Assembly (NCBI RefSeq): GCF_008831285.2
Contig: NC_045138.2
Coordinates: 9,734,001 to 9,798,000 of the forward strand
Direction: 5' to 3'
Origin: Nymphaea colorata
Taxonomy: Eukaryota
Length of the DNA: 64,000 nucleotides
A model generated the notes under the pieces. The model did no database searches and was not told where the DNA came from. It worked only from the letters and a program-made list of their open reading frames with translations. The position numbers and the translations under genes were made by a program. Positions 1 to 13,170 of the stretch are shown here, in pieces. Every line of letters starts with the position of its first letter. The first letter of the stretch is position 1.

Positions 1-469
1 ACAGACAAGTTCCTTATAGCTAAACTAGAAAATGGCTTCTAACTTTGACCGGCTCCTTAGCCTTGGAGGAGGCTTGCATTATTAAAATCCATGTGGGATT
101 TGTTTCGCATTTACTTCTCCTAAATGTTAGCTATGAAAAATAATATTTTTGTCTGGTAATCATAACACTGCATGTCAAAACTAGTGTCGCTGCTGGATCA
201 TGATTTCGCATTTCTTTTCTACTTGCACAAGTACTATTATCTAATGTGATCATTTTGAGAACAGGTGTGAACAAATATTGTTATTTTTTCTTGAGTTTCA
301 CATGACACGAATTTGCTTGCCTGTAACTTCAGAAAATAGGATCATAAGTTTTATTCCCCATTTCTCTTTGTTGTTCTTGCTTCCTTGGAATTTAATTTCA
401 TTGCTATCAAATAGCCATGCTTGGTGATCAGCCTTTTCGGAAACACTTTCATGCTTTGCTGTTGTTTCT

Positions 470-2200
470 GTTAGATCTGATGTCCAGATTTGTTATACAG
501 AAAGAAAGATAAGATTAAAAAACAAGAGGGGATTCCTAAGATGCCAGCTGGGCATGGCCTAATCTTGTTCAAAACGATTACTGATGATACATGGACTAAA
601 AGTTTCATCCCAGAAGGGAAAGATGAAGAAACAAGAGAGGGAGAGAGAGAGAGAAATTGTTTACTTCCATTAACCCTAATCTCTGATTAAAAGAGGTTAG
701 GGGTCGGCAGTCAGAAATCACAGATAGGTCCATAAAAAACATAAAAGTGAAAAATAGGACCTATTTTCGCTCCCTACTCAATTGGCATTAATGTAGGCAA
801 CAAGCTTGTGGTTGCCTCCCTTTGATACTGTTTTCTTCTAAACAAGCTCATCTCCATGCATCCTTTTTAAGTATCTTAAAATTACTTAACTACTTCTATA
901 GCCCCAGTCCATAGTTCATTTATGAACTAAGAAACATGATTCACTGTATAAACGAGAGAGATCGGGATGTGTGAAGCTCAAGTACTGCAACATGCGAACA
1001 TGATTGTGATATGAAGTGGGATTATCATGTGGATCACTATTTTGAGCTCCTAACCTGTTATGAAGGGTACTCAGAGTGACCACTGCTAACCTGTGATGAA
1101 GAGTACTAGGAGTGACCAAAGGTTTTGTAGTCTTTTATGCTTACCTTACTTAAGACATTAAGGATCTATCTGCATTGAGTAAGAGTCATTTTATCCTTTC
1201 AGGTTCTCATCAACTTTAGGAAATTAGTGCAAATCCTAGCAGCTTTATCACTTTATGACCTCTAACATATGGGCATCTTATTGCCTGTAAGAAAATGTCA
1301 TTAACGTTTATCAACAATAAGGTTGTACAGTCTAATACCTGGTTGTTGGCTGACCCATGATGAACTAGGAGTAGTGTAAGCAAGATTGCTGCATCCATGA
1401 TATTGAATCTAAGAAGAAAAACTACCAATGTCAGCCCATATTGCCCTAATACTATGTTAGGTCTTGATTCCAATTTTGTTCCGAATGAAAGAAAGAAAGA
1501 CAGGAAGCAAGAGGGGATTCCTTCAAGTTTAAGATCACAGCCATACATGATTCAGGCATTGTTCCATATTCTGATCTGTAAGGTTACTTATGTCACATGG
1601 ACTAAAAAGTACACACCAATACATAATATAACAGTCTTGCCACTATACATAGTCACACACACAATAGATACAATTAGTCAACATGCAGAATCAGGTTGAT
1701 TGAATCCAGATCCAAGACAATACTTCTTTCAGTTTCCTTGTGATCTTATTGAGAATCACTTGAATAATCACCTGGTTCATGGCTGCAAATGCTTCACATG
1801 GTTTTGCAATGGAGAAAATTCAAAATTTCTTGTTCTCAAGAATGCAGTCCATTATTTCGTATGTAATATTCCTTTTGGTACTGACTCTTCTTGAACCATG
1901 GAGGAGCGAACTGAGACTATGTGACTTACGCATCCCGTTTGTGTCTGGAATCTGGATATCTAGGGAACTCAATAAAGATCTTCCAGGGCCTTATCTAGGT
2001 TCTTCAAGGTACGACTATCTTGGGGTAGGTTGCCATGTCTGCCAGCCACTATCTGCATCAATTAACGCCAGTATGGGATATTACTCAAACACAACTATGA
2101 TTGTTCTATTATTTACCTTCACATTTAGTTAGCAAATATATTTGATACTTTTTGAAACTAATTTATTATGAAATTTTGTCAAAATCTCTTAATGGGCTTA
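470..2200 (-). mobile_element. Highly degenerate copia-like remnant inside an intron, with two related ~150-bp repeats starting TGTTAG (~470 and ~1455)
   Basis: Broken integrase/RT/RNaseH-like fragments on the minus strand. The two repeats share the blocks 'caagaggggattcct' and 'acatggactaaaa'. Boundaries are approximate. Confidence 0.35.
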
Positions 2201-2265
2201 CCTCAGAGTCCCATGGGCAAGGTTATTTGATTGTCATATTTTAACAAAAGTAATGAGGATAGACT

Positions 2266-2353
2266 CAATGTTGTAAAAAGTGTATCGTAAGCCGTATCGT
2301 TCTGACTTTAAGATATACCATATCCTAACATATCGTAAGTCGTAACCGTATCG

Positions 2354-2425
<72 letters not shown>

Positions 2426-3196
2426 GAAAAATTCATAAAAAATCAAGAATAATATGTTCTTTATAAAAAACATGTTTTACAGAATGATAGACTTATTATT
2501 GCTATAAAGTTACGCGTTCATCATTCATAAACACCAAAATTCGTAAGTCATGACTCATAACAATATCAATGTAGAAAGCACAACAAGTCAACAATTACAT
2601 AATGAAATTGTGAAAATGTTCAATGCCAAATTGCCAATACATAGAAAATGAAAGCACTCTCTCGACTGTCATTCATAATCTTCATCATATTCATTTTCAT
2701 CCTCATCTTCATCTTCATCTTCATGAATTTGAAGATATTCATCAACATATCTAGTAGGCTCTCCTTCATCAACAAGATGAAGAAAATCCCTTTCCTCCCA
2801 ACGAGAATCAGCCACCCTCGTACAAATCGACGTTTGAATCGCTGTTTTCATGGTGAAAATCTCTGATTTTACGGTGAAAATCGATGATTTCCCTCCAAGG
2901 ACGCATAATCTCTAGGTTAGAAATGAAGAGCGGCCGCATTTTTATAAAAGAAACCTTTAAAAAGGATACGTCGAGCCCCCTCTTTCGTAATAAGCCCGTA
3001 TCATACAATATAGTGCGTATCGATACGCAGCGTATCGTACGATACGAGCCCCGTATCGCACCGTACGTGCGATACAGGTACAATACACCCCCTATTACGA
3101 TAGAGGAGGTGTATCGTATCGTAAAACACAAACGATACGATACGTATCGTATGATGCAGCTTTTGTACGTACAACGCTTCTATACGTACAACACTG
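2266..3196. mobile_element. Non-autonomous hAT element / MITE (931 bp)
   Basis: Perfect 8-bp TSD GATAGACT at 2258-2265 and 3197-3204. TIR CAATGTTGTA...TACAACACTG (9/10). Many subterminal GTATCGTA/CGATAC motifs at both ends. Confidence 0.9.
2356..2423. repeat. (TA)n microsatellite inside the hAT MITE
   Basis: About 34 uninterrupted TA units. Confidence 0.95.
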
Positions 3197-3532
3197 GATA
3201 GACTGTCAGATTACTTTCATTGGCAAGTCACTGTCACATTTTTGGTTTCAAAGCACATTTTTAGTTTATGCTTTTTAAAAATTTACTCATAGACTCAATA
3301 TTGAGGGTTTACGCCTTACGGGCAATTTGAAAAGCTTCAAATCTATTTGTTAGAACAATAGCTGGTTGATTATAGTAGTTTCCTTGCTTGTTGTGTTGCA
3401 TTTTATAATGGTCTCGTGCAGACATATATGCTTATTGTACATGCGAAAGAAAAAGTAATTTTTTTCTCCAATAAATTGTTTTGGGTCTTTTCTCTGCCAC
3501 AATTACTTATTGTTCTGGCTTGATGCATGCAG

Positions 3533-6500
3533 GTTCTGTAATATGGAGCCATACAATGGTTTATGCAGTATGCCCGAGGAGAAGATTGAACCTGGTGTGG
3601 TTACAGTGAGTCAAAAACGTATTCATCGGCCACAAGAACTGGGATTGATTCCAATAGGTATGCTTTAAATCTCGAACTAGTTTAATTTCTTCTCAAATTA
3701 TGCTTATAGTTTGTGGTTTAGATTTTTCTTTAATATGGTTATACTTTGTGGTTAGACTAGGTGTTCTTAAGCGACTTGCTGTTTGAAAATGCTTGTAACA
3801 TTGCCAAGGTGCTTAGTAGTTTAGGCTTTTTTCATTAGCCTTTTTCAAAAAAAAGAAAAATTCTTGTTCTTGTTTTTTTCTTATTTTGAGACATTTTTTT
3901 CTTCTGCTTTTGTGCAGTTCTTTTTTGGTTCTACAGGACTTATAAACTTTAGTTGTTTAACTTCATTGAATTTTGACATTTCAAACTTATCGTGTTGTGT
4001 TATGATTTGCTTATTTAGTTTGTGCTATCGTGCATTTTAGTTGTTTTTATTGTTATCAGTTCAAAGTTATAGGTTTTCTAATTAAGAAATGCTTCAGTTT
4101 GATCTTCAATTCAATAAGAAATATACTCTAGTTTTGAGTTCACAGTTCATACTTCATCAATCATCAATCAGAGTGACGTTCCAATTTCACCGGTATCTTG
4201 ATTTCCTTCAATGCTTCCAACGAAATCATCATCAAACAACTCAGAAGGAATAACAGGATCAACTAAACCCATGTTAGCAGTGTATCAATTGCATTCTCTA
4301 TCAAAATCAAATTCATCTGGATTTACATCTCAATATTGAGATGATCCATAACTGCATTTTATTATAAGATGAAATTAAACAATAGAAAATATTGACCATA
4401 AAAATATAACAAATCTAATACAACATGAGAAATGAATAATTCACAACAACATAGTAAAGAAATACTTGTATTCTTTTTTCCTTCCTTGAAAGAAGACGTA
4501 GATTAGAGAGTCCTTTGCACGTTGGCTAGTGAGCTTATTCATTTTAATGTTGCGTATATGACTATATATGCTTCTATTTCTTTGCAACACGATGTAACTG
4601 ACTGTGATAGTAATCTCAGTGTAAGTTTTTGCAGCACGAGCATTTCTGATCCATAGGACGCCCACCAATCAAAAGGACTTATGCCATCATCTTCTCTTGT
4701 TTCTGCTGCATCTTCAGAACTAAAATCTCTTACAGAAAACTTTGAATATTCACAAACAGCTTGTCTTTTGGTATAAGAATATCCAAAATGTCTTTCCATA
4801 CATGATATTCTGTTCCTATATAACTCACTATCTAAATTTGGAATGAGACGTCCATGAGCTCCTTCAATCCATTTTTTTAATGTAATATTTGGGATTTAAA
4901 GAATGAGCCATGCAATGCAAGGGAATATTGCTCTTATACCATCTTTCAACTAATATTGTATGTATGAGATAAAAAAACTCTGAATTATCAAGTGCAATGT
5001 CTTCCTTCTCTTTCTTAAAAACTATAAATTGAATTTGCTCAATCATATCATCCCACTTTTCACAAATTTTATGAAACATATGCTCATCTTTAGCAGCTTT
5101 CAACATGCACCAAATTGGGTGTGTAAAATCCAAAAATATGCAAATTTATCCCACCATTTATCATCTACAATAATGTTTTTAATAATTTGAGCTTTAGCCT
5201 CATCTTCAGCCCAATAAAAGCTCCACTCTCTACTAGCCACCATTTGATTCAGTGCATCCCATGCTCTTTGAATTTTTTTCAACATGACAATTATTGAAGC
5301 CAATCATGTCTCTATAACTTTTAACAATCTTAAATCAAAATAACTACGAAAAAGAGACAATGTATATTGGTGATTGATGATGAAATTTCTAATATTTCTC
5401 GCATCTTTGTCAATATCTATAATCCATGAAAATAGTTCATGTCCCGTAGGACCTACTTATTGATTTGGAGAATTGCATATGTCCTTCAGTGCTAAATTTA
5501 AAAGATATGTGGAAAGTCATAGCTCAAACTCAGTCCAACACTTTAGCATACAATAACATTGTTTGTAATGAGTTGCACCACTTTATTAGGACCAAACTGC
5601 TTGATGACTTTTACAATTAATTGCTTTCAATATTCGACATCTTTATATTCTTCAGATGCATCAACTGCCTTCAAAAATATTGGTTCATCACGTGCAATGA
5701 CAATAAAATTAATTAGTGGACGTCTTTGAATGCCTATCCACCCATCAGAAACAATTGATACCCCAATTGTGTTCCATTTAATTTTCTGTTCTTTGTAAAC
5801 TTTGTTCAACCTTGCCCTTTTTATCCTTAAGTAGTGATGCTCACAACCTTTCTGAACTGGGAGGTACATATCCTGATAGTTTGCTATTTGCAAGCATAGT
5901 AATATACTTCTTCCAATATGAATTTTTAGCTACATTGAAAGTAATGCAATTGAAATAGAGAAACTTAGCAGCCACTTTTTCTAATTCTGCTCTTCCATAA
6001 GAATCAAAACATATCTCTACTGTCTTTCTTTTTCTGTTATAATAATACTCATTTTCTTGTTGTTGTGGATTGCATCAACACAATCTTTCAATTTCTTCAA
6101 CTCTCGAGCTTTTTCTATAGAAATGTTTTTACATGCTCGAATTCTAAAATGCGTGGCATTTTCAATAGATGTGCCTTAATTCTTCTGTAAGAGACCATCT
6201 CCATAACCCATAATAAGAGACCATCTGCCATCTGCAAGTTTCACATGACGAGTTTGAGGTAATGTATGGAGCAAGGTAAACAATGAAGGCCTATTACAAA
6301 GTGCCTCGATGCCCCTGAATCAATAATCTAAGTAGTACTTATATCATGTGGAGCAGTATTGGTAGACGTAGCACTGTCTATCATAACTGTGGAGGCTGAT
6401 GACTGAATAGATTTGTGTGCTAAGACTGCTCATGCTCTGACTTGTTGATATTCACTATCATAGTCTCAAGATGGGAAGAAGACGAAAACCCCCCTACTAC

Positions 6501-8422
6501 TGATGAAGCTGCTTGGACAAATCCAATAGAAGACTGTAATGAATTCTTGCTCTGCGTAGATGCAACACCTCTACCTAGGGATGTAGCGGAAGGACGACCA
6601 TGCTTTTCCCAACAACTGTCTTCCAAATGCCTATTTTTCCACAGTAGGTACACTGGAATGTCCTACGACCTCCTCCAAACCCTTGGCCTGTGCTCTTTCC
6701 TCTGGAGAAACTACCCCCACTACCTTTTTAAGCCACCAAGGCAGGAGCATCAGTGGAAGGCTAAGAGAGGTCACAACAATTAACGACTGAATCTGTTGTA
6801 AACCTTAACTTGATATACTCTCATAGGTTACTTGCTAGTTTTTTGTCACAGCTGTAGAGAAAATCCATGAGAGAATCCTACAACTTTTCATCTCCTTAAT
6901 CATACCTTTTGTTGAATCTTCAAGCATTTTCTTCTTCAAGAATCTTAATTTCACCATTGTCCTTCTTTCTACGTTTAAGATTGAGTTTCAAAACTGTACC
7001 TTTAACATATCCCTGTAGTTCTCTGTGTTTTATTTGTGCTTCCAAATTTCCGTCTCATGCCAAGTAATTGGATACGTAGATCTTGAATCCAAAAGAGAAA
7101 TGAGTCTTTCTGCATTGTGCCTTGTACACAAGAATGTCGATGATGAAGGTCAATTATCAAAGAAACCTCGCAAAATTTACTGGATGCTTAAAGTGACATT
7201 AACTAATCATCAAATGGACGAATCAGGCCAATGGATGACTTTGCTATCATGTAGAAAAATCTACTGTAAATGGCAATGTGTAGGCCGTAAGCACATTGCA
7301 AACAAAGGCACCAAAAACAAGGCTTTAAAGAAATGCGCACAAAGGTACCAAAACTGGGATAAAAGTTACAAGTTAAATCTTATTTATAATACTTAGCTAG
7401 GCATCTGAAGACGTGGAGAGCAGCCATTCTATGAATATATACAAGGGGAGACTGACCTAGCTCTTGAGCCATCTCTGATGGCTAGAAATCTATCCGTTCG
7501 TGCTGAGCAATGGCTTGCTCGGTCTTGGTCGAGGTCTATTCTTGACCAAAACTGAGCACAAATACAAAAAGGAAAAGTACAAGGAAGAAATGCATGAAGA
7601 AATAAAAGTGCATAAATCAAATGCATATATGTATATATTTATATGTTAGAGGTTATGTTTTACAAGTATATACAAGTATTTATACACACATTCAGAGCAT
7701 ACTTATAAAACATATCTCACTAGTGGTCAGAGATGGAGTCCTTTTCTCATTTCCTGTCTCCAGTATCTTCAATCATGAAGGAAATATTTTGGATTGCCAA
7801 GCAACTTCTAGAATCTCTTGATTTTGATGAAATTTTAAACTTTTCATAGTCCGTCATTCTCAACTTAGATTGTATCTTTTATTCTGGGATGTGAATCAAC
7901 TGGGCTGATGCTTGGGTCAATATCGGAGTTTATCTTGGCCATAGTGATGCAAATTTTAGCAAGAACAGTAGCAATCATGCATGATCCTTTTGCGGAACTT
8001 ATTCTGTTGAGCCCTGCAAGGAGGTGATGTTCTTGGGCTCAGTATTGTGGAGCACGAGGAAGAAAGATAAAGTTAGTAGATTTCAGAGGAGGTTTAAATT
8101 GTCTTGTGCACATTAACCAGTCGTAAGTCAAGCTTATTTGGACAATGGCAAGAGGCATCCATAAATGTCTACAGTTAATCCTAATTTTTAGTCACGTTAG
8201 TAGCCATTGTTGGGGATTCGGTGAACAGATGAGCATCTTTTTGTGAATTTTTCTTTTTTTTTTTAGCAGAAAACAGTCTATTTTATCATTATGAAATTTG
8301 ATTTTTATCACCATTTATGTTTAGGGGAAGGCCAAGCAGAAGGTGATGAAACAGAATGTGTGGAGAATCCTGTTCTGAAAAAACTTAGAAAGGGGCCACG
8401 AGCCGGAAGAAAGTGCAAATAG
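3533..8422 (+). CDS. Last two coding exons of an unidentified host gene (5' part upstream of or not resolved in this window)
   Basis: Exon 3533-3657 (tgcag|...ATAG|gtatgc) reads FCNMEPYNGLCSMPEEKIEPGVVTVSQKRIHRPQELGLIPI. Exon 8325-8422 (tttag|) continues in matching phase: GEGQAEGDETECVENPVLKKLRKGPRAGRKCK*. Splice sites are canonical and the 4.67-kb intron is TE-filled. Product not recognised. Confidence 0.6.
4150..6210 (-). pseudogene. Degenerate hAT transposase (BED finger remnant, DUF659 region, hAT dimerization domain)
   Basis: Minus-strand fragments in the expected order: RIKAHLLK (~6180), GVSIVSDGW..QRRPLINF (5627-5893), PLHCMAHSLNPKYY (4864-5133), PFDWWASYGSE..LQKL..RLLSQ (4539-4799). 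Many stops and frameshifts. Confidence 0.85.
6240..7150 (-). mobile_element. Copia gag remnant resembling the intact element at 18335-23661
   Basis: Fragments GYVKGTVLKLNLKRRKKDNGEIK, CRILSWIFST and HLEDSCWEKHGRP parallel the gag motifs GFIRGTSIPPTLKLTKIENG, SRIKEWIYGS and the zinc knuckle. Confidence 0.55.
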
Positions 8423-9122
8423 TTCTCTGGATTTCTCCAGCATGCTTCTCTTTCGCTTGCGACATTTTTTCTGTGATGCAGGTAACATTTTGTTGCACGT
8501 GATCATGTACAGGATGATGCTCTTTACATCCGTGAGAGATGTCGGGCTCGTTTTGTGCAGTATACTGAGGTTGCTTTCTGTTTTACTACTTTTTTGTCTC
8601 TTGTAAGAGTCCTCTATAGTGAGTTTTCCTGCTTGGCAGGTGTATCACGCCTCCAGGACTGTTTTTTTTTTTCAGACTATGCTTGAGATGATCGAATAAA
8701 TCTTCCTTGCACAGGATACATTTCTGTGGCTTTCATGTTGCTTTCATTTTTTTCTAAATTTAGATGTCAGGTGCACAAATGTAAATATTAAATGTTCGGT
8801 ATCAACGTACAACTTTGTTTACTATTTACAACGTTGCAGTCATATGCATTGAGATCTACAGTTTGGGATAGTAAAATTACGAACCTTTTACAATTTATGG
8901 ACATGGTATTCCTTCAAAGCTTAGCCCAGAAAGTTGTTAGGCAACTCAGGGAATAAATAGTAAATGAAATTCTATTGAATATGACACAAAAGTTGCTCTG
9001 TTTCATGGTTGACATGTTAATCTAACCGAGGGTGTACTACCATATGTTCTTTAGCATGCCACGTTAGCGGTATTTTGAACTTTTTCCGACGTCTCCATTT
9101 CCCACTTAATCTCTCTCTCTGG

Positions 9123-10316
9123 TAGGAATGTACAGCGACAGAGCTGACTCGAACTCACTCGAAAATACTTGACTTGATCTCGGCTCATGTAATAAACGAG
9201 TAGAGCTGGAGCTCCAACTCGAGTTCATAAACAAGTGGAGTTCGAGTTCGTGGAAACAGCTCGTTTAACCCGACTCAACTATTTCTTCTTTTACCAAAAG
9301 AATTGTCCAAGAACCCTAAGCCCTAATCTCATATTCTTTAACCGCCTCTTGGCCATCTCTGTCTCCCGCTTGTCTCCCCCCTTCTCCGTCTCTCTTCTCA
9401 CACTCTTTCTTTCTCCCTCCCTTGGTCCGTCAGCTCTCTCGCTCTGTCATTCTCTCGCTTTCCCTCTCCATCTTCGATTCTTCCTTGTGTTCCTCTGCTA
9501 CTCCTCTTCATCCTGGTCCTTCGCTACAAAGTTTCTCAGCATGAACCTGATTATGGTGCACCATCACCACCACTGCCATTCCACCGCCTTCTCCAACAGC
9601 AGCCATGCGGTTTGGCATCAATATTGGTCAGCTGCGTTTCATTTGTCGCCCTCTTCTTGCTAGTCGATTTGTGGTTGGTTTTCAGGTTTATTTTTATTTT
9701 TTTTTATAAAGTTCGCTTTCATGAAGGTGTTGCAGGTTTCATTGGTGATTTTTTGAGCAAGAACATGTTCATATGAATATCTCTTGTTTGGTCTTCAGAC
9801 AAAGTGTATTAGTAGCATCGTCTAAAGGTTGTAAGTTTGTTTCTTGGACACAGTCTGATGAAATGTGTTACGCCCACATTCTTTAAAGGTGGCTGTTTGG
9901 GAAGAGCTTTTAAATCGGAAAAAACTGGTTGAGAGTTTCAAAAACTCAAAATCTCGGTCGTGGTTGTGTCGGCAACTTTGCGGAAAGGGTCACTGTTATT
10001 TTTGTGGTAGGATAGCTCGGTTATTGAAAGCCTGCAAATGTGTGGAGAGGGTCGGCATCCGAACTCCCGTTTACCTTGTAGTTGTTACAGTCGAGGTGTT
10101 GGAGTTCTCCACCGATGCAGTTCGTGATAACAAGACACGACGTGCTGACTAGCTTAAATGAGTCGCTCGGGTTTGCACTCAGTTTACCGAGTCGACCTGG
10201 AGCTTTCCCCATAAGCTCGACTTGAGCTCGTGCTGATCTCAAGCCGAGCAATACGTGAGTTGACCCGAGCTCGAGCTGGCTGAACTTAGACTTGACTCGC
10301 TCATTGTTCATCCATG
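9123..10316 (+). mobile_element. Probable non-autonomous hAT-type element carrying a histone H2A fragment
   Basis: Degenerate TIRs TAGGAATGTACA / TGTTCATCCATG (8/12). Dense CTCGA/GAGCTCGAG subterminal motifs at 9140-9280 and 10160-10300. Inserted in a CT run (flanks ctctctgg / ctctctct). Confidence 0.65.
9985..10145 (+). pseudogene. Histone H2A gene fragment (captured cargo)
   Basis: [46 protein letters not shown] aligns with plant H2A [50 protein letters not shown]. Confidence 0.85.
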
Positions 10317-11102
10317 CTCTCTCTCTCTCTCTCTCTCTATGTCTCTCTTGTTTGTGGGTGTATTAGATCCTAGCTATTCAGATAACCTATGAGGGTAATT
10401 GGGTAAGTTCTAGTAAATTCCTTCTCTACCCTTCTCTTTCTCTTTTTAATGCTTAGTAAGAAGAACTTAATGAATAGAGAAGTCGTAGTTTGATTTTAGT
10501 TGTCAGGATTGAATTTTGAGTATATATATACAAGTCACTCAATCGTGGCTCTAAGTTTAGCTAACATCTTCGGACATCAAATGGGAGCCATCGATATTTT
10601 GAATGGATGGCTCTCTTTTCATATTTTTAAAAAATAAAAAGTACAAAAAAAAAAGATGAAATAAGGGCTGTCCGATCAAAAGACAGGGATGACCCTTGTT
10701 TGATGTCCATTAATATCAACAAAGCTTAGAGTTTACGGTTCAGTGAATATTGGGGAGTAGGGAAGGTGGGAAAGGGGGATGAATGTTATTCAAAATCTCC
10801 TGGTTCACTTCAAAATAGAACATTAGTCATTGTTGGCATTTGGATGACACCCGAAACAAATTGTTGGGCAATTAGATGACAGAAAACAGTTTTTTCAAAA
10901 CTTATTACAAAACTTTTTTTTTTTAGAAAACTAGTTTTCCGAAGCCAACTTTGTTCAATGTGCCATCTAAATACAATCTTCTTATTATTATTTTTGAAGC
11001 AGCAATAAAGTAAACTGTGTGTGTACCATGGTTTGTAAAGGTTGTGAAGTTGATGTGCAGTCTTCATCGTGTACATCATTTAAGGTTGTAGAAAGGAAGT
11101 TA

Positions 11103-12806
11103 GGGCTCGTTTGATGGGCGGGTGAAATTTAACGCAGTAAATTTATCATGGTAAATTTTTTTGAAAAAATTTACAGGATGAAATTTTTCTCTCTTTCATT
11201 CGGAGGCCCTGTTTGATGGGTGGAAAGAATTTACTGTGGTAAATTTAACCCTGTTTGATGCGCAAGAAGAATTTAACATGGCAAATTTATGTTGTTCCTC
11301 TTCCAAAACCAGATTTTTATGTTGTTCCTCTAGTTGGAAGTTTAGTTGACTAGTAGATTGAAGAGCTGTCTCATTGTTCAAGCGCTCTTCTTGCATTTGA
11401 AGCCTGAGCTGTTCAATCTCATGGTGCTCTTTTTTAAGTTTTTCTTCTTGCAGTATCAAATTTTTCTCCAAACTATCCAACTCCAACTGCAGAGACTGAT
11501 TTGACCTCTCTAACAAACTTTCTCTTCGGCACTCTTGAATCTCACTGTCCCACTTTCTCTTCGGCACTCTTGAATCTCACTGTCCCACTCTTGAATTTCA
11601 CTCTTTTTGACAACTGAAGGAAGTGATGATGAGCTTGATGAGTTTTTTTGGAGATCATCTAAATCCAACAAAGACCGCACCAGGTTTGTTACTTCAGATG
11701 TATTAGGTTCAATGTCTGAAACAGAGGATGCCCGAGGAGAATCATCAGACAAGTTGAACGGAATTTGATGCTTCTGCCATTGCTCGATGAGCTTGCCGAA
11801 GCTCAGCAGTTGCATTGTCATATCTTGCTGCTAATAAACGATATGCTCTATAGAATTCCTCAACTAGCTTCATAAGCTCTGGTCGTTTACATCTCTGCTC
11901 TTTTTGCAAAGGAGTCTGCATCTTCCTCTATAATCTTGATCATTGCTTTGACTTTGACATCCATATCCATATCTGCTCTTCTTGCAAAGGTTATGTCACA
12001 CTCTTACATCTTAGCCCAGGTCTCCAAAAAGAGGCTTCGATTGCAGATAGAATTGAAACAAAGAAGGCTGGGAGTCCCAGTTAACAGAATGAATCACCAA
12101 CTAAGTAGTTCAGATGGAAATTTGTTCACGACAGAGAAAAACAAATAAGCCACTGAATCTTCTAAGCATTAGCTTCCGATATCCAATTATAGAATTCTTG
12201 GAGTCAGTAATGAGATTTAACTGAACTAGTAAATCAAACAGTATACGCAGAGACAGAGGGCAGCCAAGGCTGGAGGGAAGGTGATGGGCAATTTCTGTAA
12301 AAACCAATTTTTACAAAGAGAAAAATGAGAGAGAAGACCAGACCATGAATCAGAGAACTACACATACCGATGGAAGGCAAAAACCCCCAAATCGGAACTC
12401 CAAATCGCCCAAATCAAAAGAAGAACAAAAGAAGAGGGAGGTTGAACAGGCGATGGCACAGCAAGAGAGGAGGAGCTGGGGAGGGAAGGCATCAGCGAGG
12501 GAAGAGGAGAGGGAGGGAAGAGGAGTGGGAGGAGGACCTGCGGAGGGAAGGCATCAGCGAGGGAGGAGGAGCTGCGGAGGGAAGGCATCAGCGAGGGAGG
12601 ACGAGCCGCGGAGGGAAGGCACCAGTGAGGAGAGGTCGAGCCTTCCCTTTCGAGCTCTTTTTTGCGTTAAACGGGTGAAGTTACGGGTGAAGTTTCACCC
12701 TGTTTGATGCATTTTCAGTCGAGCGGATAAAATTTCATCCGTCCGTACACATTCCGTACACATTTCACCTTCCTCACCATATTTCACCGGCCCATCAAAC
12801 GAGCCT
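11103..12806 (-). mobile_element. Non-autonomous PIF/Harbinger (Tourist-type TIR) element carrying a NETWORKED1 fragment
   Basis: 26-bp TIRs GGGCTCGTTTGATGGGCGGGTGAAAT / ATTTCACCGGCCCATCAAACGAGCCT (24/26). TWA flanks (TTA 11100-11102; TTAA 12806-12809). Internal CCCTGTTTGATG repeats and GC-rich repeats at 12470-12630. No transposase. Confidence 0.9.
11290..11975 (-). pseudogene. NETWORKED1-like (NAB/KIP1 actin-binding domain plus coiled coil) fragment
   Basis: Minus strand reads DMDMDVKVKAMIKIIEEDADSFAKRAEM* / RPELMKLVEEFYRAYRLLAARYDNATAELRQAHRAMAEA / QIPFNLSDDSP, then LLERSNQSLQLELDSL...LQMQEERL. These match NET1-family motifs, with small deletions, frameshifts and a ~35-bp tandem duplication (11520-11590). 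Confidence 0.85.
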
Positions 12807-13163
12807 TAAGGGCATGAAAAAAGAGGGTGGGGTTGGGGTGGGGTCCGGTGGTGTGGGTGTGCGCTTACAAAGCATCATCATGTCAGTTTATTTTGATTGG
12901 ATTCATGAGTTATTCATCAACTTGATTGGATGGTTCTCAGAAGTAACTTAAGACAACTTAGTTGCCGTTTTGGGGAATAACTGTTAGCAACATCCGCTTA
13001 ATGGAACTCCAGTTATTTGATTTGGATTCAAATTGAATTCTCAAATCATACCCAAAGCGTAAAGTTCCTTCAATTGGAGGACGTCGAGCCCCATTCTTGT
13101 TTCACCGATCCGTTTATGAAAATTTGCCGGCTAAAGATCACACACGCTTGCCGGCTTGCTGTC

Positions 13164-13170
13164 TATAAAT
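13164..13170 (+). promoter_or_regulatory. Candidate TATA box of the THA8-like gene
   Basis: cTATAAATa about 100 bp upstream of ATG 13266. Confidence 0.5.

Noticed and set aside
2669..3201. Acidic and Arg/Tyr-rich ORFs
   Set aside because: They arise from short repeats and GTATCGTA motifs inside the hAT MITE.
12345..12707. Overlapping ORFs of 76-120 aa on both strands
   Set aside because: Low-complexity products of GC-rich subterminal repeats inside the PIF element.
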